Positions 8,986 to 15,425 of a stretch of 32,997 nt of DNA are shown here, in pieces. Each line of letters begins with the position of its first letter. Within the stretch, counting starts at the first letter, position 1. Position numbers and translations under genes: made by a program. The notes beneath the pieces were generated by a model, which was not told the DNA's origin, ran no database searches, and worked only from the letters and a program-made list of their open reading frames with translations. Source of the DNA: an uncultured Bacillota bacterium (lineage in GTDB: Bacteria > Bacillota > Dehalobacteriia > UBA4068); the NCBI GenBank assembly GCA_934427095.1, contig CAKRYM010000001.1:1-32997 (forward strand), written 5' to 3'.

Positions 8986-10311
8986 ATGAAGAAAACATAC
9001 TCCGTTTTTGTGCTGATTTTCCTGCTGACCCTGTCTCTCTGTACGCCTGCTCTAGCTTTGACGGAATATGGCGTGATCTATGATGAAACAGGTGAGCTGG
9101 GATCTAATACTCTGCTTATGCAGGGCGAACAGACCCTGCCAGAGCTTTCCCAGACGCTGGGCATCGACCTGCGGGTGGATGTACTAACCCAAATCAGCTA
9201 TGACAGCATCACCGATACCGCTGCGGGGATCTATGCCAGATACGATTATGGCTATGGCGAGGAAAAGGAAGGCGCTACGCTGACCATTCTGATGGAAATG
9301 CAGGATACAGGTACCTACGCCATGCCCGCCGACGGCTGGTGCATTTACGCCAATCTGAGCGAAGAGCGGGGCAGTAGCCAGGCCCTGGCCGACGCCATCT
9401 ACAATGCGGTACAGCCCAATATGGTGGAGCGGGCGTGGAACGGTGAGGATATCACCATGAGTGCCACCGCACTGACCCAGGCGGTAGACGCTATGGCAGA
9501 GGCAGCAGAAGATTACATCCTCACAAATTGCCCACTGGACAACTCCGGTGAGGATGTGGGTATGGGAGCATCCCAAGTATCTGAGCCCACTGAGCAAAGC
9601 GGCGTAACTATGCAGTATGTATTTGACATCAGTGACCTCCTTACCTACGAAGAATGGGCGGAACTGGAGGCTCGGGCCGAAACCTTTTCCCAACGCCATC
9701 ATTGCGGAATCTATTTTGTCATTGTGGATGACTACACAGAATATGGGTCTGGCAGCGTCTACGACATCACCAGCCAGCTCTATCATAACAGTGCGCTTGG
9801 CCTCGGTGCTGATCGGGATGGGTTAATCGTTCTGCTTAGCATGGATGAACGGGATTATGCCATGTTCGTCTATGGAGAGTACGCTGAATATGCTTTCGAT
9901 GAATATGGGCAGGAAAAGTTGGAGGAAGCATTCCTCGAAGATTTTGGGTACAATGACTGGTATAGCGGCATTTCCCACTATCTGGATACTTGTGACGAAT
10001 ATCTGACTAAGGCCGAAGAAGGCAAACCGGTGCGCCCTTCTTACTGGGGGGGGGTCCTCATGATGACGGGGCTTTCCTGTCTGGTGGCAGGGATAATCTG
10101 CCTTTTACTTATGCGTAACATGAAAACGGTCTATCAAAAGGTGGAGGCTGATACATACCTCACCGCAGGCGGATTACACCTGACAGAGCAGTACGACCAC
10201 TACACCCATACCACTGAGACACGTACCAAAATTGAAAAAGCAAGCTCAAGTAGCAGCTCAAGCAGCAGCGAAAGCGGTGGCGGCGGTAGCGGCCGTAGCG
10301 GGAAATTCTGA
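8986..10311 (+). CDS. TPM-domain protein (YdjH/YgcG-like) with a TM helix and a Ser/Gly-rich tail
   Basis: The ATG at 8986 follows GAAGGGGG, and the listed start at 8959 overlaps the upstream gene. It has a signal peptide. A clear TPM-like segment is YVFDISDLLTYEEWAELEARAETFSQRHHCGIYFVIVDDY...GLIVLLSMDERDYAMFVYGE, and a weaker N-terminal TPM-like half precedes it. TM helix GGVLMMTGLSCLVAGIICLLL. The tail SSSSSSSSSESGGGGSGRSGKF is typical of this family. Confidence 0.75.
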   Translation: MKKTYSVFVLIFLLTLSLCTPALALTEYGVIYDETGELGSNTLLMQGEQTLPELSQTLGIDLRVDVLTQISYDSITDTAAGIYARYDYGYGEEKEGATLTILMEMQDTGTYAMPADGWCIYANLSEERGSSQALADAIYNAVQPNMVERAWNGEDITMSATALTQAVDAMAEAAEDYILTNCPLDNSGEDVGMGASQVSEPTEQSGVTMQYVFDISDLLTYEEWAELEARAETFSQRHHCGIYFVIVDDYTEYGSGSVYDITSQLYHNSALGLGADRDGLIVLLSMDERDYAMFVYGEYAEYAFDEYGQEKLEEAFLEDFGYNDWYSGISHYLDTCDEYLTKAEEGKPVRPSYWGGVLMMTGLSCLVAGIICLLLMRNMKTVYQKVEADTYLTAGGLHLTEQYDHYTHTTETRTKIEKASSSSSSSSSESGGGGSGRSGKF

Positions 10312-10480
10312 CAAGGGATCTTCGCCATGAAGAAGTTGATCCTGCACCGATTCTTTCCGGCGCTTCTGTGTATGACGCTGGTTCTGAGCCCACTCCTCTT
10401 GGGTGAAGGCATAATCACTCCTATGGGTGAGAAAAGAAACAGGAACATGAGATATTTAGCGGAGTGAAAGGAGAACTTGT

Positions 10481-11050
10481 ATGGGCATTTTTGATAAGCT
10501 GAAACATTCTGCCATGGATACCGTCATGACGGCTGCCACATCCATCGGAAATAAAAGCGAAACCTTTACCTTCACAACGCTTCCTGAGAACCTTGCCGAA
10601 CTGCAGTCTCTCAGAGAGGCAACCCTTGATACCCCATTTCAGACGGCGGCGCTGACTGTCCTGGCGTTGTGTGCCTATGCCGCAGATCGACAGATCGGTC
10701 TTGATATGCTGAACTGGCTGCGCGGACCACGACCTTTGAACGGACAGGACATTTCTTTCCTGAATGACCGCTTCCGTGATGGAAAGACCTACCTGCCTTT
10801 CTCTTATTTTGTTGGCTCTACTGCCGATAACAACTACACGCCCATCCAGCCCTATACCATTCGAATCGAAAGCAACCATGTTTCTGGTGAGGAGCAGGGC
10901 TATATGAAACTGTTTATTCCCTGCGGTGGCGCGGATTCTCCTCGCCCGATCAAGCTACGTCAGCGTGGCAGTGATGGGAAGTGGTTCCTCTGGGAGCAGT
11001 ATCTGCTCACCGGTGTCCGCACACCAAAGGCCGCCGATCCATGGGCGTAA
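10481..11050 (+). CDS. Hypothetical soluble protein
   Basis: 189 aa with AAGGAG 8 nt upstream. Same CTG-type codon usage as the upstream cluster. I recognise no family. The N-terminus is MGIFDKLKHSAMDTV. Confidence 0.55.
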   Translation: MGIFDKLKHSAMDTVMTAATSIGNKSETFTFTTLPENLAELQSLREATLDTPFQTAALTVLALCAYAADRQIGLDMLNWLRGPRPLNGQDISFLNDRFRDGKTYLPFSYFVGSTADNNYTPIQPYTIRIESNHVSGEEQGYMKLFIPCGGADSPRPIKLRQRGSDGKWFLWEQYLLTGVRTPKAADPWA

Positions 11051-11154
11051 AACAAATGGAGTATTCGCTGAGGAATCGAATCTGGTAATGGAAAGTCAGG
11101 ATGCCTATGGCGATCAATGAGGGAAACTTTCGCATTTGATAGAGGGTGCCGATT

Positions 11155-11532
11155 ATGAAAACAGTTCTATTTATATCATCCAATAAGATGCTCGGGCAAG
11201 GATTGTCGGCGGCCTTTCAATCAAAGTCGCAATTAGATTTTTTGTGGGCAGCCCAGCTCAATTATGCACAGGCTATCATGGGAGTCGATATTTTCCATGC
11301 TGATGTGGTGATATTGGATATTGTGGATCAGACAGATATGGATCAGGCAGTTGAAATCTGCCAGTCAATTCGCCAGAATGAACAGGGCGTAAAGATATTG
11401 CTTCTGGTTAGACCGGAACAAGCTGTTGTGCGCAAAGTAGCTGTGGACACCAAAAATACTGGTTTGGCAGATGATTTCGTCTTTTATGACAGTTCCCTGA
11501 CCTATCTACTTGCAAAGTTGGAAGCATTATAA
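11155..11532 (+). CDS. Stand-alone receiver (REC)-like domain protein, degenerate active site
   Basis: The listed ORF starts at GTG 11146. The ATG at 11155 follows GAGGG. It shows a CheY-like alternation: TVLFISS (beta1), DVVILDI (beta3, Asp retained), KILLLV (beta4), ADDFVFYD (beta5). The acidic pair after beta1 and the conserved Lys are absent. Confidence 0.5.
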   Translation: MKTVLFISSNKMLGQGLSAAFQSKSQLDFLWAAQLNYAQAIMGVDIFHADVVILDIVDQTDMDQAVEICQSIRQNEQGVKILLLVRPEQAVVRKVAVDTKNTGLADDFVFYDSSLTYLLAKLEAL

Positions 11533-11753
11533 TTTTTGTTGTATCAAAGGGATCTGCGTTAGAAAGAACGCATGTTTTGATAGATTGGTAAAAAGCCATC
11601 ATGAAATAGATGGTAGGAAAATATATTGTTTTAAAGTGGCTTTGATCAATTCAGAGCCGCTATTTCTTTTTCTTTTGCGATGACGCTCATATCATCAAGA
11701 ATACGGCAATAGAGCTGCCGGGAAGGTTTATGGATAACGCATGGATTTTGCCC

Positions 11754-11782
11754 TTTACATATATAGGACGCCTATATATAAT
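11754..11782 (+). promoter_or_regulatory. Sigma-A type promoter of the PadR gene (TTTACA-17 nt-TATAAT)
   Basis: -35 TTTACA at 11754-11759, a 17-nt spacer, and -10 TATAAT at 11777-11782, about 35 nt upstream of the PadR ATG. Confidence 0.5.
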
Positions 11783-11805
11783 ACGATATATAGATCGTCT
11801 ATATA
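11759..11805 (+). promoter_or_regulatory. Two tandem palindromic operators (probable PadR autoregulatory sites)
   Basis: ATATATAGG-ACG-CCTATATAT (11759-11779, perfect 9+3+9) and TATATAGA-TCG-TCTATATA (11787-11805, perfect 8+3+8). The first fills the promoter spacer. The second covers the expected transcription start. Confidence 0.55.
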
Positions 11806-11816
11806 AGGGGGCAAGC

Positions 11817-12164
11817 ATGGACTTAGATAAAAGTTTAATTAGCGGTAGTATGACGCTACTGGTTATGAAATTACTGGAAAACGGGGATATGTATGGTTAT
11901 CAGATGATGGAAGAGTTAAAACAACGGTCGGACAATACCTTTCATTTAAAAGCAGGCTCCTTATACCCTTTGCTTCATAGTTTAGAGGAAAAAGGGTATG
12001 TTTCTGCTTATGAACAAGAAGCTTCCGCCGGAAAGCCCAGGCGTTACTATCACCTGACAGCCCAAGGTCAGCAAGCCTTACAGGAAAAAGAGGAAGCTTG
12101 GCATGTCTATGCGCAAGCAGTCAAACGGGTGCTGGGAGGAGGGGTGTGCTGTGAGGGAGCCTAA
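11817..12164 (+). CDS. PadR family transcriptional regulator
   Basis: The ATG at 11817 follows AAGGGGG. LLVMKLLENGDMYGYQMMEELKQRSDNTFHLKAGSLYPLLHSLEEKGYVSAY.....GKPRRYYHLTAQG is the classic PadR winged helix. The listed start at 11730 would translate the operator region. Confidence 0.85.
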   Translation: MDLDKSLISGSMTLLVMKLLENGDMYGYQMMEELKQRSDNTFHLKAGSLYPLLHSLEEKGYVSAYEQEASAGKPRRYYHLTAQGQQALQEKEEAWHVYAQAVKRVLGGGVCCEGA

Positions 12165-12956
12165 AACCATAGCTGCTTATTTGGAAACCGTTGCGACGCA
12201 AATTCGCTGGAAACGGGCGCGGCCGATGGTGACCTTGGAACTGGCCCAGCATTTAGAGGATCAGCGGGATGCCTTAGCTGCCGAAGGATATGAGAACGCC
12301 GAGGAATTGGCTGTGCAAGAAATGGGGGCCCCGTGGCAGTTGGGGCGGAATTAGACCGCATTCACCGGCCTAAGCCCCAGTGGGGACTATTGGCGCTCAC
12401 CGTTTTGCTGGCCTTAGCCGGGGTTATGCTCAGAATCGGGTTGACAGCCAATTGGGCAGCTTATTCCCTAGCTGTTGACCCATCCAAAACCATATTGGCT
12501 TTTGTGTTTGGTTGCGGCGCTTTGCTGTTTGGGTATTTTGTAGATGCTGCTTTTTTAGGCCGTCACGGTAACGCCATTTATTGGGGAACGTTGCTGGTTA
12601 GTATTACGGTGTTACTTCTTTCCCAGCGGATCAGCGGCCTTTTCTATTATCTCCGTTATGTGGAATTATGCTTCCCTGTGATCTATGGTTTTTGGCTGTA
12701 TACTTGCCGCAAAAAAGGTTGACTGGGGTTGCTTTTCGCCATGCTTGGTTTAATTCCTCTGGGCGGGATTTGCTTACTTACTCCCCATGCTTTGGGATTT
12801 TTGCTGGTAACTCTGACGGGTTTTGTTTTGCTTTTGACTGCTGCTTGGAACGATTGGTTTGCCGTGGGCAAGCGGCTGAGGAAATCACCTTCCTGCCGGG
12901 ATACCGCATCAAGATCAGCGTGGAAAAAGAATAACAAGAAAGAAAGCCCTACATAG
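12151..12956 (+). pseudogene. Disrupted gene: permease-prefix-domain plus FtsW/RodA/SpoVE-like membrane protein
   Basis: A GTG at 12151 after GGAGGAGGGG overlaps the PadR stop. The N-terminal part (IAAYLETVATQIRWKRARPMVTLELAQHLEDQRDAL..ELAVQEMGAP) continues in another frame as VAVGAELDRIHRPKPQWGLLALTVLL. That requires a frameshift near the G5C4 run at 12324-12332. An in-frame TGA at 12720-12722 sits where Trp would fit (KKG*LGLL). The combined length of about 268 aa is too short for the family. Confidence 0.55.
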
Positions 12957-12970
12957 GCTTTCCTTTCTTG
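12935..12970 (+). terminator. Stem-loop at the end of the pseudogene
   Basis: caagaaagaaagcc (12935-12948) pairs with ggctttcctttcttg (12956-12970) with one bulge. The final stop codon lies in the loop. The T-tail is weak. Confidence 0.35.
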
Positions 12971-12988
12971 TAAACGAAGCTTGTAAAC

Positions 12989-13036
12989 GAAAACATCCGC
13001 AATCTTTCTTTCTCGGAGAAGGGTTGCGGATGTTTT
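12989..13036. terminator. Bidirectional intrinsic terminator between convergent genes (hairpin repeat copy A)
   Basis: aaaacatccgcaa (12990-13002) pairs with ttgcggatgtttt (13024-13036), followed by ttttgttg. It lies between the plus-strand pseudogene and the minus-strand EamA gene. In reverse complement it is 45/48 identical to 18174-18221. Confidence 0.6.
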
Positions 13037-13064
13037 GTTGAACATAAGGCCAGCGCTGGTCGGT

Positions 13065-13925
13065 CTATAGATTTAGCAGGGCTAGAGCAATACAGACCAA
13101 AACCAGGCTCAGCCATTGTCGGGGGCTAAACTTACTGTGGAATACCAAACGGTCAATGAGGCTGACCGTTAGAATAACTGCTACGCTATAAACGGGAAAT
13201 ACCACCGAAGCGGGTAAGCGCATTACCGCTTGTAACAGACACATGGTTGTTAATTGATTGGGAATTCCGATCAATAACCCATAGCAAATATCCCTTTTGC
13301 TGATGGTCCGTTGTCCCAGCAAAAAGTAGACAATACTCAAAAACAAACAAGTCAAAAAAGAATAAAACAGAAATAATCCATCATAGGTCGGGTTGCCGGC
13401 ACTTTCAAAAATTTTGGAGTTGAAATCGGCCACCCCGCCGATCACCAGTACCAAAATCAGCAGCAAGCCGCTGGATTGTACGAAATTCTGTGTCTTGCCT
13501 TCCATGTACAGGTGTTTTTCTGGCAGATTAAACAAGACCACAGCGGTTAACGCCACCACAATGCCGCAAATTTGCAGTACACTGGGGCTTTCATGAAAAA
13601 AGAGAATTGCGCCAAAGGTGGGCAACAGTACCCCCAGCTTGGCGAAAATGGCAGATAAAGCAGCGCCGTTTTGGCGAACGCAGATTTGAAATAAGATCAA
13701 CCAGACAATAAACAGGCAGCCGTTGAAAATGCCCAGTCCCAAAGGGAAAGCTCGTTCTGCCTCCCAAATCCATAGAGGCTGATGAACAAAAAAGGCGCTA
13801 AGCAAAACGGCGGCCAGATAATTGATCATTGTAACAGCTCTGCGATTGTGTAAATTCGCTTCTGAAAAACGCACCACAATGGATTCTACCGAGTTACAGA
13901 GGATAGCCAAAAGCAAAAACAGCAC
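13065..13925 (-). CDS. EamA/DMT-superfamily transporter
   Basis: 286 aa with a GTG start preceded by AAGGAG at 9-nt spacing. About ten hydrophobic helices in two halves. The assignment rests on topology, not on clear motifs. Confidence 0.55.
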   Translation of the reverse strand: MLFLLLAILCNSVESIVVRFSEANLHNRRAVTMINYLAAVLLSAFFVHQPLWIWEAERAFPLGLGIFNGCLFIVWLILFQICVRQNGAALSAIFAKLGVLLPTFGAILFFHESPSVLQICGIVVALTAVVLFNLPEKHLYMEGKTQNFVQSSGLLLILVLVIGGVADFNSKIFESAGNPTYDGLFLFYSFLTCLFLSIVYFLLGQRTISKRDICYGLLIGIPNQLTTMCLLQAVMRLPASVVFPVYSVAVILTVSLIDRLVFHSKFSPRQWLSLVLVCIALALLNL

Positions 13926-13967
13926 GGATTTATGCTCCTTTACGGTTCGGTTTTGCCTTTATGGGCC

Positions 13968-14699
13968 TTATAGATCTTTGAAATCCACCTGCCGCAGGAA
14001 TTTGCGCAGCTGCGGATTATCGCATTGTTCAAAGATATATTCCGGCGTTCCTTCGGCCTCGATGTGCCCCTCATAAAGGAAGATTACCCGGTTGACAAAA
14101 TAGCGAATGGCATTGAGCTGATGGGTTACAATGATCATGGTCTGTCCTTCCTTGGCCAGGTCATGAATGGTTTCAAAGACTTCATGGGCCAATTCTGGGT
14201 CCAGGGACGAAGTAGGTTCGTCAAAGAGTACGACCTTAGGATGCATAGCCAAAGCTCTGGCAATGGCTACCCGCTGTTTTTGTCCGCCAGAAAGACTGCT
14301 GGGATATTCGTTGATTTTGTCCAACAGATGGACCTTGTCCAACAAATCATGTGCCAGCTGTTCTGCTTGAGCTGCGGGCATTTTATGAGCAGTAATGCAA
14401 GGTTTTTTTACATTATCACCCACGGAATAATGGGGGAAGAGGTTGAAATGTTGGAATACCATGCCGATCTTCCCCTTGGCGCTGCGGGCGTTTTTCATGG
14501 GTACATCTTCTAATAGAATTTTGCCGCTGTCGATTGGTTCTAACCCGGCAATGCAGCGAATCAGCGTGCTTTTCCCTGAGCCGGAAGCGCCAATGACCGC
14601 CACTACCTCATTGCTGTCCACTGACATGCTGAGGTTTTGTAAAACTTGGTTGTTGCCAAATCTTTTTGAGATATCACAAACCTGAATCAATTTACCCAA
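13968..14699 (-). CDS. Polar amino-acid ABC transporter, ATP-binding protein (GlnQ/ArtP-like)
   Basis: Walker A GASGSGKST, Q-loop, signature LSGGQKQRVAIARAL, Walker B VVLFDEPTSSLD and H-loop VTH. I chose the TTG at 14699 because GGAGG lies 7 nt upstream and it overlaps the permease stop. The listed ORF extends spuriously to 14786. Confidence 0.9.
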   Translation of the reverse strand: MGKLIQVCDISKRFGNNQVLQNLSMSVDSNEVVAVIGASGSGKSTLIRCIAGLEPIDSGKILLEDVPMKNARSAKGKIGMVFQHFNLFPHYSVGDNVKKPCITAHKMPAAQAEQLAHDLLDKVHLLDKINEYPSSLSGGQKQRVAIARALAMHPKVVLFDEPTSSLDPELAHEVFETIHDLAKEGQTMIIVTHQLNAIRYFVNRVIFLYEGHIEAEGTPEYIFEQCDNPQLRKFLRQVDFKDL

Positions 14700-15349
14700 A
14701 CTGAAAGCCTCCGTTCTAACCACTTGGCCAAGAAGGTCAAGGCATAGCAAATAACAAAGTAAATGATCGCCACGGAAATGTAGCATTCAAAGGGATGGTA
14801 TGTTTTGGCATAAATCTGATTGCTCAGCTTCATCAGCTCCACCAATGGCAGAACCGATACCAGCGAAGTTTCCTTAATGATGGAGGATAACCCGTTCATA
14901 AACGGCGGTACTGCAATGCGTAGGGCCTGGGGCAAAATGATGTTTAAATTGGTTTGCACAGGGGTATATCCCAGCATTTCCGCTGCTTCATATTGGCCTT
15001 TATCAATAGAGAGAATTGCCGCACGAACCACCTCAGACAAATAAGCGCCGCTGTTTAAGCCCATGGTAACAATGGAAGCGGTCATGGCCGAAATGGAAAT
15101 GCCAAAAATCGGCAGGGAATAATAGACCAAAAAAAGTTGCACCAGCAACGGGGTGCCCCGGAAAAATTCCACATAGGCAGTGAGAAGCACGCTAAATACC
15201 TTCGGTAGCTTACATGTGCGTAGGCTACCCACTACTATGGCCACCAGCGCGGCGACCACAAACGCGGATATCCCAATGATAATCGTTATTTTTAATGCGG
15301 CTGGCACCAGGGGTAAATACTGGGCCACCACGGAAAAATCTAAATCCAT
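14687..15349 (-). CDS. Polar amino-acid ABC transporter permease (His/Glu/Gln/Arg/opine family)
   Basis: 220 aa. Typical motifs: FRGTPLLVQLFLVYY, and the EAA loop KGQYEAAEMLGYTPVQTNLNIILPQALRIAVPP. Confidence 0.9.
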   Translation of the reverse strand: MDLDFSVVAQYLPLVPAALKITIIIGISAFVVAALVAIVVGSLRTCKLPKVFSVLLTAYVEFFRGTPLLVQLFLVYYSLPIFGISISAMTASIVTMGLNSGAYLSEVVRAAILSIDKGQYEAAEMLGYTPVQTNLNIILPQALRIAVPPFMNGLSSIIKETSLVSVLPLVELMKLSNQIYAKTYHPFECYISVAIIYFVICYALTFLAKWLERRLSVWVN

Positions 15350-15375
15350 AGAAAACCACCTACATTTTCACAGAG

Positions 15376-15408
15376 TCAATAGGCGCTCAGAGGGTGAGCG
15401 CCTATTGA
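15376..15408 (-). other. Intercistronic 13-bp stem-loop between the binding-protein and permease genes
   Basis: tcaataggcgctc (15376-15388) pairs perfectly with gagcgcctattga (15396-15408) around a 7-nt loop. No U-tract follows it on the minus strand. Confidence 0.5.
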
Positions 15409-15425
15409 TTTACGTTTCCTTTTTC

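Noticed and set aside
10240-10300. Short imperfect tandem DNA repeat (agctcaagtagc / agctcaagcagc followed by ggc/agc repeats).
   Set aside because: It encodes the Ser/Gly-rich C-terminal tail typical of TPM-domain proteins. It is coding low complexity, not an independent repeat element or CRISPR-like array.
11730-11816. N-terminal extension of the PadR ORF (MDNAWILPFTYIGRLYIIRYIDRLYKGAS).
   Set aside because: This segment is the translation of the promoter and palindromic operator region. The ATG at 11817 has a proper RBS and gives a normal-length PadR protein.
12720-12722. In-frame TGA in the FtsW-like gene as possible selenocysteine or Trp recoding.
   Set aside because: The gene also has a frameshift and a truncated end. 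I see no SECIS-like hairpin directly downstream. TGA is used as a normal stop by neighbouring genes (for example at 769 and 10311). Decay is the simpler explanation.
12683-13045. Two listed ORFs (12683-13045 minus, 18081-18263 plus) share the peptide KTSA.LLR.RKIADVF, which looked like paralogous small genes.
   Set aside because: The shared peptide is the translation of the repeated 48-nt terminator hairpin. One ORF also runs through the tRNA gene. Neither has an RBS.
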